From assembly GCA_048885865.1 (NCBI GenBank), contig JBHLLF010000029.1, positions 1-32,403 of the forward strand: a DNA stretch of 32,403 bases, given 5' to 3'. Positions 8,543 through 18,041 of the stretch are shown one piece after another. The notes under the pieces are model-generated. The model was not told the DNA's origin. It was given only the letters and a program-made list of their open reading frames with translations, and searched no databases. A program made the translations under genes and the position numbers. Numbering within the stretch: the stretch's first letter is position 1; each line of letters opens with the position of its first letter. The stretch is from Candidatus Hermodarchaeota archaeon. GTDB lineage: Archaea; Asgardarchaeota; Thorarchaeia; Thorarchaeales; Thorarchaeaceae.

Positions 8543-9712
8543 TTGAGCGGAAGAAGGAAGCTCGTTCTCTTTGACCAGACTCAAAATGAACGGGGTAGGC
8601 TTGATACAACATATTCGGAACTCGCCAAGCTCTTGCAGGACAATGACTTCGATGTTGAGCCTTACACTGAGTTCATGATACTCGCAAAGAACCTTGAGAA
8701 AGCTGACGTCTTGGTGTTTGGTTGTCCAAATAGCTCAAAATTGAGACCAGCTGAGATTGATGTTTTGAAGCGGTATGTGAAGAATGGAGGTGGTCTGATG
8801 CTGCTCTCGCTGTCAGGAGGAGACCGGGGCTTGATGAACAACATGAGTCAGGTTTCGAAAGGATTTGGAATCAGTTTTGAAAACACGGCAGTGCGAGATG
8901 AGAGAAATAACGCAGGCCTTCCAACAATGCCTATCATCACCAACCTCCTTTCGCACCCTGTTACTGAAGATGTGCAAGACATCCTCATTCCGTCTGGCTG
9001 CACTCTCAATGTCACGGCTAAGGCGACAACCATAGCCAGTACGTCCGATACTGCTGATCCTCCGAATAAGCCAGTCATTGCAATTGCAGAGTCAGGAAAG
9101 GGATGTGTGCTTTGCGTTGGTAGTTATGAGGTGTTCCGAAAAGGCGGTGGCATAAAACATCAGGGTAACAAGGCGTTTGCGGTGAATGCAATCAAATGGT
9201 TGAGCGGAGAGGTAAGAACTGCTAAACCAAGCAAGGTTGTAGAAGCCCAAGAAGAAGAAGAAGAGAAGCAGGTAGAGGTGTCTGCAAAAGCCAGCGCTGA
9301 GATGGAGAAGACAATGCGTAGGTTAGTCAATGCAGTCTTTGATCTGCAGAAGGACATCAGCAAACTGGACAAGAAGATGACTGGTGTAGAGAAGAACATT
9401 GAGATGCTTCGGGACCAGTTCCAAGATTTCGCTGAAAAGACTCAGTCACAGCTTGGTGTAATGATTCCATCTAGGCAATTTCAAACGGATGATGAGAGTC
9501 AGGCAGCAGAGATAGAAGCTGATGCAAAGGCGTTAGAGAAGGAAATCAAATCTGTACAGCAGCTAAGGGATCATATAGAGGAAAGACATGCCTCTGGTGC
9601 AATGCCCAAGGACACATATACCGAGCAGGCTGAGAAACTTGATACGCGTCTTGCACGGTTGAGTGAGAATCTGGAGAAGAAAAGGCAGGAATTAGAGAAG
9701 ATTATTGAGTAG
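8543..9712 (+). CDS. Cytosolic GIFT-domain protein (IFT52/GldG/DUF4350-like) with a C-terminal coiled coil
   Basis: VLFDQTQNE, ADVLVFGCP, EIDVLKRYVKNGGGLMLL, GGD, FGISF, HPVT, GKG.V, N..FA.N.IKWL; heptad-rich C-terminal ~150 aa; no signal peptide; SD GGAGG before TTG. Confidence 0.75.
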   Translation: MSGRRKLVLFDQTQNERGRLDTTYSELAKLLQDNDFDVEPYTEFMILAKNLEKADVLVFGCPNSSKLRPAEIDVLKRYVKNGGGLMLLSLSGGDRGLMNNMSQVSKGFGISFENTAVRDERNNAGLPTMPIITNLLSHPVTEDVQDILIPSGCTLNVTAKATTIASTSDTADPPNKPVIAIAESGKGCVLCVGSYEVFRKGGGIKHQGNKAFAVNAIKWLSGEVRTAKPSKVVEAQEEEEEKQVEVSAKASAEMEKTMRRLVNAVFDLQKDISKLDKKMTGVEKNIEMLRDQFQDFAEKTQSQLGVMIPSRQFQTDDESQAAEIEADAKALEKEIKSVQQLRDHIEERHASGAMPKDTYTEQAEKLDTRLARLSENLEKKRQELEKIIE

Positions 9713-11189
9713 CAAAGCGTCTTCGCGCCGAGGCATTTATTCTACGAAGCAATCTCCTTGCAGGTTGTGCAGCCAATTCATATACCTCCGAGAATGACCG
9801 GTTTATGACATATCCAGCAAGAATAAGTATGAGGTAGAGCATATAGATGACTCTTGAGGGCACCATTATCACAAATCCACATATCATTGGCACAAATAAC
9901 ATGGGTAAGGATACATTCACTCTCTCGGAGGACCTCTGGCACAGACTGGATGTTGATAGAATTGAGAAGAAAGGCACGAGAACAACAGTATAGTATTTGT
10001 AAATTCCACGCGGTGAGAATATGTGGACACAAAGCATCAAGAGCAAGGTCATGAAAAGCATCCTCCGCCAGTATGATTGAAGGTCCTTGTCATCCTTTAC
10101 TTCCTTCAGCATCAAGAACAGCAATAGTATAATGGGGATGGTAATCCCGATTGAGTAGTATGTCATCTGATTAATGAGTCCAGACAGCCACTCAGGCGCT
10201 CCAATAATGATGAAGAGAACTGCAAGCGTTATAGGGTAGTTGATGGGGGGAGGAGATGTGAGGTCATCCAGATAAGTTGCCCCTGCTCTTGAGAAGATTG
10301 CATTTCCATAGTTGAATGGATCAAGCAGATATGGCAATGATAGAACTGCTGCATAGCTACATACAGCTAGTGCCATAATCGCAAATCCTCGTAAGTCCAG
10401 ATTGTCACTCCTTGGATGTTTTGACGCCCCCTCATCATTTGGGTTTTCTTCATCATTAGAAACAGACTCCGGGGCACGTTTCAATATGAATGCAATGAGG
10501 GGCAGCGCGAAGAAGAATGCTGTCTGCTTGAAAAGAGCCGATGTGGTCATGGCAAGGACTCCTGAGAGTCTTCTATTTTGCATCAGGAGGTAGAAGGAGA
10601 GCATTGCAAAGAAAACAAAGGGAGCAGGGTTAAGCCATTCGAAAGCGGTGTGATAGAGTATTATTGGACTTAGCAGGTAGGTTGCTGCTGCAACGGCACC
10701 CACGTTTCTATTGCCTGATAGATAGTTGGAAATCCCGTAGACAGGAAATACGGTGAGGTAGCCAAACATAGTAAGAAGGAAACCTATTCCTAGATCAGAA
10801 TGAACGAGCTTGCCAATGACACACAAATAGAGATAGAGCGGGGGAAAGAAGTAAGGCACATTATAATACACTTCATTCCGAATATAGACGTCGAATTCTG
10901 GCGTATAAGGCATAAGACCACTTATGAACTGATTAGCCCAGCTATGATAGAAATAATCATGGTCAGCCCAGCCCTCGTACGCAAATCTGATGGGGAAGCC
11001 AAAGAGATCGATTCTACCATAGCCATTCCATACTGCTCGAGGCCATGTTGTGCTAGTGACGAATTGCATTGCAGCTTGAGAAAAGACCCACACCCAGACA
11101 ACTGCAGCAATCAGAAGCACAATGATAAACAGGCGATGCCTCCGGAGATTCTCCTTTACAGAATCCCTTGCCGTGATTAGACCATTCAT
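9702..11189 (-). CDS. Multi-pass GT-C-fold glycosyltransferase (GT87/PIG-M/ALG3-like), copy 2
   Basis: About 10-12 TM segments; luminal EGWAD motif, YFFPPL, FKQTA, PRGIYKYY. Confidence 0.7.
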   Translation of the reverse strand: MNGLITARDSVKENLRRHRLFIIVLLIAAVVWVWVFSQAAMQFVTSTTWPRAVWNGYGRIDLFGFPIRFAYEGWADHDYFYHSWANQFISGLMPYTPEFDVYIRNEVYYNVPYFFPPLYLYLCVIGKLVHSDLGIGFLLTMFGYLTVFPVYGISNYLSGNRNVGAVAAATYLLSPIILYHTAFEWLNPAPFVFFAMLSFYLLMQNRRLSGVLAMTTSALFKQTAFFFALPLIAFILKRAPESVSNDEENPNDEGASKHPRSDNLDLRGFAIMALAVCSYAAVLSLPYLLDPFNYGNAIFSRAGATYLDDLTSPPPINYPITLAVLFIIIGAPEWLSGLINQMTYYSIGITIPIILLLFLMLKEVKDDKDLQSYWRRMLFMTLLLMLCVHIFSPRGIYKYYTVVLVPFFSILSTSSLCQRSSERVNVSLPMLFVPMICGFVIMVPSRVIYMLYLILILAGYVINRSFSEVYELAAQPARRLLRRINASARRRFATQ

Positions 11190-11192
11190 GAT

Positions 11193-12821
11193 TTACGCCT
11201 CAGTAGCTGCGCCAATATCTTGTTCTCCATATGCGTAGTCAAGAATCCTCTGTTTAGGCCGGCTCAGCAGTGCCTTCAACGGGTAGAGACGAGGGGATAT
11301 CTTTCTTTTTGCGAATCGAACAGGAAAAGTGGCAAGATACCAAACGCGACCTATTTTCTTTGACATCAGATATCCAATGAAAATAGCGATGACATAGACA
11401 AGGTAAATGGCTCTAACAGGAATGAGGATCATGAGGCTGAACAAGAATGGCAACCAGATCATTGATGTGGAGAACTTTACATTCTCCTCCGTACTCATGC
11501 ACATCGTACCAGATGAGAAGATGGAGAAGAATGGAGCAAACATCGTGAAGTAGTACTTGAAGACTCCCCTGGGACCAGCTATATTCACCCAGAGCATCAT
11601 AAGCAGGGTGAAGAAGAGAATGCGCCGCAGATACACATGCCTCTTCCCTTCATATTTCATCTCCAGCATCATTAAGCCCCAAAAGATCAAGACTCCCATA
11701 ATCAGGAGTCCACCTGAATAGACAATGAAGTCCACAATCTCTGCAAGAGCCGGAAGTCCTGCGATCACAAAGAGGACTTGTAGGCGCATGGGAGAACTAT
11801 AGCCTGGGACCTCAGTGAAGGATTCCATCTTGAACCCGCCCATCGCTAGTCTCAAAAAGTTCCAGAGATTGGGATTTGCCACGAAAAAGGGATACATTAT
11901 CGCCCCTGCAAATCCGAGAACTAGTAGCACACTCACTGCAAACTCTCGAAGGTCGAAATATCCTCTAAACACGTCAATGATGCTATCGAGAAGTCGCGGC
12001 TTGGGTACATCAGATGAATTCCCATTCTCACTCGATGACTTCGAGGTGGTCTCGAGAGTCGCTTCTTCCTTTGATTTTACTGGTTGCGCTTTCATCAGAA
12101 GATATACAACCAAAGGTATTCCGAGTAGCCAAGCAGTCTGTTTGAAGAGCGCGGCTGTTACTATAAGAAGAGTGCCAAGATGTCGCTTTCCAATCACTAG
12201 CATGTAGAATCCAAAGAAGAAGAAGAAAATGAACGGAGAAGGATTCATCCACAGAAAAGTTGTATGATAGAGAACATTTGGAGCAAGAATGTAGGTGAAC
12301 GCTGCTGCTTCACCCACATGTCTGTTACCTGATAGTTCCTTTCCAAGACCATAGACTGGAAAAACCGTCAGGTACCCAAATGCTGCCAATAGTAGGCCAA
12401 TCCCCCATTCAGTGACAGGAATCATGATTCCGATAGCATATAGAATCGCTGTCAAGGGAGGAAACATGTATGCCCCGTTCCTATTTGAAATGCCGTCGAT
12501 TACAATTTGGCCAAAGTCACCACTATAGGGCAGGACCCCATTTAGCATATTATGGCCCCAATGGACGTAATAAAAGGAATAGTCACTGTATCCCTCAAAC
12601 TGGTAGAAGAAGGTTAACCCAAAGAAATCGAACTCTCCGGGATTCACACCTGGTCCTAGCCAGACGTGTCTGGAGACCCAATGGTCTGAGTCCAGATAAT
12701 CTACCACAGCAGCCTGAAATATCGTAACCCAGACATAAAGACCAACAGCCAAGATAACTATGAGAATCCCATACTCAAGCAGGAATCTCAGGGCTCGTCG
12801 TCTAACGTCTTTCGGAGACAT
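11193..12821 (-). CDS. Multi-pass GT-C-fold glycosyltransferase (GT87/PIG-M/ALG3-like), copy 1
   Basis: EGYSD, YMFPPL, FKQTA, PRGVFKYY; clear paralogue of the adjacent gene, 3-nt gap. Confidence 0.7.
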   Translation of the reverse strand: MSPKDVRRRALRFLLEYGILIVILAVGLYVWVTIFQAAVVDYLDSDHWVSRHVWLGPGVNPGEFDFFGLTFFYQFEGYSDYSFYYVHWGHNMLNGVLPYSGDFGQIVIDGISNRNGAYMFPPLTAILYAIGIMIPVTEWGIGLLLAAFGYLTVFPVYGLGKELSGNRHVGEAAAFTYILAPNVLYHTTFLWMNPSPFIFFFFFGFYMLVIGKRHLGTLLIVTAALFKQTAWLLGIPLVVYLLMKAQPVKSKEEATLETTSKSSSENGNSSDVPKPRLLDSIIDVFRGYFDLREFAVSVLLVLGFAGAIMYPFFVANPNLWNFLRLAMGGFKMESFTEVPGYSSPMRLQVLFVIAGLPALAEIVDFIVYSGGLLIMGVLIFWGLMMLEMKYEGKRHVYLRRILFFTLLMMLWVNIAGPRGVFKYYFTMFAPFFSIFSSGTMCMSTEENVKFSTSMIWLPFLFSLMILIPVRAIYLVYVIAIFIGYLMSKKIGRVWYLATFPVRFAKRKISPRLYPLKALLSRPKQRILDYAYGEQDIGAATEA

Positions 12822-12876
12822 AGCAATAGGCTTTCGGAGTCAATCCCTTATATTTATCCTCATAAGCATGGACCTC

Positions 12877-14955
12877 TCAGGTATCAGGTGAGAGGGCGAG
12901 GATTGCGTCACTAGCACTGCCAGTCTTACTGACCTCTATCACAGGAACACCCTCCCAGCCTCTTACATCAGTGTGTGTGATGAGAAAGATCTGTTCGAAA
13001 CTCTCATCACCTACCAAGTTCCTGACAACAGAGATTCTTCTTTCATTGTCCAAGCCTCCTAGAGGCTCGTCGAGAAGGACACTTCTGACACGTGGTGCAA
13101 TGGCAGGGCTATCCTTGAAGGGCCTTATGCTGCTCATTGTTCTGCTTATTCCGAGTCGCAGACCAAGGCTTATAGCTGTTCGATCACCGAAGCTTAGCTG
13201 GGCAGACTTTTTCTTCGCCTTATCGCGCTCATCCCAGATTCTGAGAAGCAAGCCGGCACCACCACGTCCCTTTGCAGCAGTTGGTTCGAGGTCAATCGAT
13301 GTATACTGACCATTGGTGAATGCATCTACATACCGATTGGTGGCTTTCCTGATGATTCCGATCAATCTCTTTTGAAAGACATAATCTGAAATGAATCCGC
13401 TAACTAGTTTCCGTCGTACATATCTTGTGTGCTCCTTGAGATCTTCCAATGAGTCTATCTCAGCGCCTAGCTCCCTCATCTTTACAATTGTCGCTTCTAG
13501 TTCTTTGACCTGGCTCTTGTCTTTCTCGATTCGTTTGACGGCGGACTCTATGTGAGTCTTGTTCGAAATCAGGGTCTTGCTCAGTGTTCGAATATAAGTC
13601 TGAAGATCAACAATGTCCTTGACCTTGTGCTTCTTCAGTAGCTTCTCAACACTGTCGACCTCCATTTTTCCAAGAATCACACCAAGCTTTTTCGCTATGG
13701 ATTCAACCTCTCTCCCTAGCTCTTCAACTTCTACCTGTTGCTCAGCTAGGCGTTTTGCTGCATCAAGTGCACGATGAATTGCTCTTAGTCTATCATCAAT
13801 TTCCGTGATCTCAGTTGGGACAGCATCCAGGTCCTTCTCAAGTTCCCCAATCTTTGCCTTATGAGCAGCAGCCATCTCCCTATATTCTGTAACGACACGC
13901 TCGCAATCATGGTCCGAAAGCGGCTGGTTGCATGTCGGGCACATGGCTTCTTTGCCTTCCAGCGACGAAGTCTTGTCCTCAAGATCTCTTATCAGTCCCT
14001 CATGTGCTCCGATATTCCTCTCAATTCCAAAAGACTTCTCGACGATATCTGCTTTTTCTTTTTCTAGGCGGGCACCTTCATTTTTGAGTGAGTCTAGACG
14101 CGCACCAATAATCCTTGAGTCGGCACCAACGATTCCCGCCAAACGTAATTCCTTATCTCGGCTTCGTATACTCCTATCATGCTCTTGCTCTTTCAGTTTG
14201 AGCTCTTCTAGAATGTCACTCGCTCTCTTGAGGTCCTTGGGATCTGGCATTTTCTCAAGATCCTTCTCGGCTTCTTTGCTCTCCTCTTGTACTACCTTGA
14301 GCTCTTTCTCGTCTATGTCGATACGTTCCTTAATGGACTCTATCTGCTCACGGATGTGTTCTGGAACTCGATATTCTTCTTTTTTCACATCTATTTGTAC
14401 ACCAAGATTCCGTTCCAGATTCTCAAGCTGTTTTGTCATCTCACCGAGCAGCTCAATATTGTAGACCTTGACAAGCAGGTCTCTGAGCACTGATGGTGTT
14501 GCATTTGCAATCAATGAAACTTCGCCCTGCCGAACTAGCAGTGTCTGTAATGCCTGTTGGGGTTCCAGATTGAGGATTTCATCCATCATTCTGCCTACGG
14601 TCTGGTTCTTATCCGCTATTCTCTTCCATTTGCCCTTCTTCTCTTCTGATAGAACTACCGACATCCCTTTCGCAGGGTCATATGAGCGATTGATTTCATA
14701 GCGTGTGCCAGCGACTTCGAACTCAAGTCGCACCTCACAGAATGAGGAAGCAAAATTGATCAACTCGTCATTGGTTGGCTCAACTGCAACGTGTCCCCAC
14801 AAAGCCCAAAGAATGGCCTCGAATAGTGATGATTTTCCTGTTGAATTTGGGCCTCTCACAATGATGAGCCCACTAGGCAACTCATCCCCAGCCTCTGGGA
14901 GAGTGAGCTTTCGGAATGGCTTGAAGTTCTGAATCTCCATTCGAATGATCTTCAA
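12877..14955 (-). CDS. rad50: Rad50/SbcC DNA double-strand break repair ATPase
   Basis: Walker A GPNSTGKS, Q-loop VRQGE, zinc hook CPTC, signature LSFGD, Walker B/D-loop LLDEPLGGLD, H-loop ITH; coiled-coil arms; 4-nt overlap with mre11. Confidence 0.92.
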   Translation of the reverse strand: MKIIRMEIQNFKPFRKLTLPEAGDELPSGLIIVRGPNSTGKSSLFEAILWALWGHVAVEPTNDELINFASSFCEVRLEFEVAGTRYEINRSYDPAKGMSVVLSEEKKGKWKRIADKNQTVGRMMDEILNLEPQQALQTLLVRQGEVSLIANATPSVLRDLLVKVYNIELLGEMTKQLENLERNLGVQIDVKKEEYRVPEHIREQIESIKERIDIDEKELKVVQEESKEAEKDLEKMPDPKDLKRASDILEELKLKEQEHDRSIRSRDKELRLAGIVGADSRIIGARLDSLKNEGARLEKEKADIVEKSFGIERNIGAHEGLIRDLEDKTSSLEGKEAMCPTCNQPLSDHDCERVVTEYREMAAAHKAKIGELEKDLDAVPTEITEIDDRLRAIHRALDAAKRLAEQQVEVEELGREVESIAKKLGVILGKMEVDSVEKLLKKHKVKDIVDLQTYIRTLSKTLISNKTHIESAVKRIEKDKSQVKELEATIVKMRELGAEIDSLEDLKEHTRYVRRKLVSGFISDYVFQKRLIGIIRKATNRYVDAFTNGQYTSIDLEPTAAKGRGGAGLLLRIWDERDKAKKKSAQLSFGDRTAISLGLRLGISRTMSSIRPFKDSPAIAPRVRSVLLDEPLGGLDNERRISVVRNLVGDESFEQIFLITHTDVRGWEGVPVIEVSKTGSASDAILALSPDT

Positions 14956-16259
14956 TCCTCTCCCTCCGAAAGCTTCTCCAATGTAAGACTCTCGTCGTTG
15001 CGACTGACAGAGATACGTAGCGCCTCAACTGCGATCTTGGTCAGAGTTTCTTCTCTATACTTCTCATCAACTTCAAGCGTCTTTAGATAGGCGCGGAAGT
15101 CTTCCTCAGGATCTTCAATCAGGAATTCGGAGTCAATCTCAGGATATGCTGAGGGACTATGATCGGTTTCTGCCTGTCGTATCTCCCAAACAAACTGCGC
15201 AATATTATATTCTGATTCAACTGCAAGGAGCTTGGCTCTCAAGGTTTCCAGAGCCATAGTTAGCTCAAAGCCATTGACACGAGGCGCTTTGCCCTCTAAC
15301 CTCATCCGTATTCTGCTTGCAGTAGATGGCTCCCATGGCCCCTTCATCCCCTTGGCTTCTAGCCAGTCCGTCACCTTCTCTATTACTGTTGATTCAGTGT
15401 CATCAGGATCTATGCCGATCTTCTCGTTGAATACAGGTCTTTCAAATTCCAAGACGATTGGTGTCACAGTTGGATCCTCGCCTAGCTCTAAATCCACAAT
15501 CAAGAATCCTTTCTCATGGCGAATCTCATCGAATCTCCATCGTTCTGGGGACCCTGCATACCAAGCGTTCTTTGCATGTTTGTGTTGGTGATGGTCATGG
15601 CCAAGTGCGATGTAGTCATAACCCATCTCAAAAATGGCTGTGTGTAGTGATTTGTCGATATCCATGCCGTGGGCCACACCCACAGATATCTTTGAGGAGC
15701 TTGGAGTCTGATAAGAGGATATCCAATTAGTGAAGTCAGTAAGAAGTCCCTGAGACGCAAGAACTGCATGGTCCATGAATGGAATGCAAAAGACATCCAG
15801 ATTATCATATGAAAAGACAAGTGGTTTGCCTTCAGCAAATGCTCGCTTCAGATCAACCTGAGTCGCTACATTCAATCCTGGTACAGCCATCTTCAATGTG
15901 TCAAGCAAAGAAACATCTAGTGATCGATAGAGACCATGATTCCCTTCCAAGATCAAAACAGGGATTCCAGTTTTGTCGATGAATTCTTTGAGAACTCTCA
16001 TGGCCGTTTCCTGAGCCACAACAGGAGGCTGGGAGGGATTGTGCTCCCATGGTGAATTATAGAGGTCTCCTGAATGAATTACTAATTCCACGGGAGGGGA
16101 CATCTCAGATATCCTATCGAATAATTCAGCAAACCGTTCGTAGAAGTCATTCTCCAGAAGACGGCTTCGCATCTCCTCACCCCAGACATTGTGCTTGACA
16201 CCATGGCGTGGTCTCGCACCAAGGTGAGTGTCAGAGATGTGTGCGATGCGAACTGTCAT
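14952..16259 (-). CDS. mre11: Mre11/SbcD metallophosphoesterase nuclease
   Basis: AHISDTHLG, HSGDL, EGNH, AHG, ALGHDH, YAGSPE..FDE..KGF. ATG at 16259 with SD GAGG preferred over 16343. Confidence 0.92.
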   Translation of the reverse strand: MTVRIAHISDTHLGARPRHGVKHNVWGEEMRSRLLENDFYERFAELFDRISEMSPPVELVIHSGDLYNSPWEHNPSQPPVVAQETAMRVLKEFIDKTGIPVLILEGNHGLYRSLDVSLLDTLKMAVPGLNVATQVDLKRAFAEGKPLVFSYDNLDVFCIPFMDHAVLASQGLLTDFTNWISSYQTPSSSKISVGVAHGMDIDKSLHTAIFEMGYDYIALGHDHHQHKHAKNAWYAGSPERWRFDEIRHEKGFLIVDLELGEDPTVTPIVLEFERPVFNEKIGIDPDDTESTVIEKVTDWLEAKGMKGPWEPSTASRIRMRLEGKAPRVNGFELTMALETLRAKLLAVESEYNIAQFVWEIRQAETDHSPSAYPEIDSEFLIEDPEEDFRAYLKTLEVDEKYREETLTKIAVEALRISVSRNDESLTLEKLSEGED

Positions 16260-16269
16260 TATTCGTTCC

Positions 16270-18024
16270 TCAAAGTGTACGTTCCTTTTTCGGAGAGCCC
16301 TTTCCTTTGTACCTACCTTTATCGCGTTCGAAGACTGTATCAAATAGTGGTATCTTGACTGGCAATGGCATTTCTCTATACGATGCAGTTAGGATTCCTT
16401 CACCACGGGACATGACCCTGAACTCATTCTCAAACCCGGATATATTGACACTGGCGTTCTCAATACAGGCCCTTATCTCACGTTCATTTCCCAAGCGGAG
16501 ATTGATTTCTGTGTTCATCTGACTCAGAATGACATTATCAAGTACGCTGACCTGCTGACTCACCACGAGGAGACCCATGTTAAACTTGCGCCCCTGTCTT
16601 GATATGTCCTTGAATACTGATTGTCCACGCATGAGTTCAGGATTGAGAATTGTTGGTGCTTCTTCAACTGTGACTAGTATCACAGGAAGGTCGCGAGGAT
16701 CCCTTACAGGTGATTCATCGCCGACTCCCTCCTTGCCATAGAACGATTTGGCTTGCGCTTTCGCTTTTGCAAAGAATGGTTTTGGTAGCCGCATTTCGCC
16801 TTGCCGCAAGAAGTCCCCAATGTTCCCACTGCTCTTGAGTGCGCGCCTCATGTCTGATAGAGTTCTGGTCACTATTGTCGTAAGTAGGAATTGCTCCATA
16901 TCTCTCATGAGACTCGTGTTTACAACCAAGATCCGTCCGGTTTCCATGGCCTCAAAGATGTCGCCAAGGATGGAACTTCCGCTCTCAACGAAGATGGGAG
17001 ACCTCTCTAGAAAGCGGAGTCTTCGCTGAACTGCATTTAGCGTTCCTTTGGGTGTTCCCTCAGGGTCCTCATTCATCTCAAGTATCTCCCTCACCCAGTT
17101 CTCATGGTGTCGACTGAATTGAGCATCAATGAATGAGTACATCTGAGGAGTGAATTCCATTATCGAGTAGAGGTCTCGAGGACGTATCTCCTCCCACAGC
17201 ACGCGAATCTCCTTGGCGTATCGTTTGATCTCCCGGGGAGTGGCTTTCATGTGAGTTGTAAGATAGTAGAAGTCACTGATGACATCGGTCCTGGTTGTTG
17301 GGTCCATCGCCTCAATCACATTCTGGATTCCATACTTGTCTACACCCTTCGCAAATTCATCATGTGGGTCTATACAGAATGCGGATACTCTGGGATGCGC
17401 ACTGTCGGGTCCGCGGAGATATTCCAAGTTAGAGTCGATTATTGATTTGATAAGAACCATCATCAGGTTGCTCTTGCCCGCACCTGTTGAACCAAAAATG
17501 CCAACATGCATAGGTAGGAATTTTGCAGGAATCATTACTGGAACATCTAGAGTTGCCTCTCCAATCTGAAGGTCTCCAACATGGACATTTCCTTCTGTCT
17601 GTGATCTCAGCATTTTTCTGACAGGCTTGTCCGATGTGCCTGGAATTGGTCGATAGACGTTTGCTAGATGGTCTGGAAGTCGCCTAGGGGACATGAACCG
17701 CCAACCGTCTCCTGTTTCCTCAGCGTAGCCTAGCATTCTTCCATCCACCGAGAGGAGCATGTTTCTCTCAATTCCGGACAGGTATGAATCGCCCTCTACC
17801 ATCAGAGTGCCAGCGACTCTAGCTATGTCGTCAACCTGTCTGAGGTAGTTCTCCAGTCCAAGCACTCTGAAAAAGAAGACTCGCTCATGGCCATCTCTCT
17901 GTGAATATATCATGAAAATCTCACCAACGCTTATGTCGCGATTGCTCCCCATGATACCAAGCATGTTCTGATTGCCAATGCCAACCTTTCCGAAGAGTTC
18001 TCCGAGATTATCTTTATCCAACAT
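16270..18024 (-). CDS. herA: HerA-family DNA translocase (HAS barrel plus FtsK/HerA ATPase)
   Basis: HVGIFGSTGAGKSN, IDPHDEF, VEEAP, RQGRKF, SQQ, ILSQMNT; operon context. Confidence 0.92.
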   Translation of the reverse strand: MLDKDNLGELFGKVGIGNQNMLGIMGSNRDISVGEIFMIYSQRDGHERVFFFRVLGLENYLRQVDDIARVAGTLMVEGDSYLSGIERNMLLSVDGRMLGYAEETGDGWRFMSPRRLPDHLANVYRPIPGTSDKPVRKMLRSQTEGNVHVGDLQIGEATLDVPVMIPAKFLPMHVGIFGSTGAGKSNLMMVLIKSIIDSNLEYLRGPDSAHPRVSAFCIDPHDEFAKGVDKYGIQNVIEAMDPTTRTDVISDFYYLTTHMKATPREIKRYAKEIRVLWEEIRPRDLYSIMEFTPQMYSFIDAQFSRHHENWVREILEMNEDPEGTPKGTLNAVQRRLRFLERSPIFVESGSSILGDIFEAMETGRILVVNTSLMRDMEQFLLTTIVTRTLSDMRRALKSSGNIGDFLRQGEMRLPKPFFAKAKAQAKSFYGKEGVGDESPVRDPRDLPVILVTVEEAPTILNPELMRGQSVFKDISRQGRKFNMGLLVVSQQVSVLDNVILSQMNTEINLRLGNEREIRACIENASVNISGFENEFRVMSRGEGILTASYREMPLPVKIPLFDTVFERDKGRYKGKGSPKKERTL

Positions 18025-18041
18025 ATTGTACTACCTCACTC

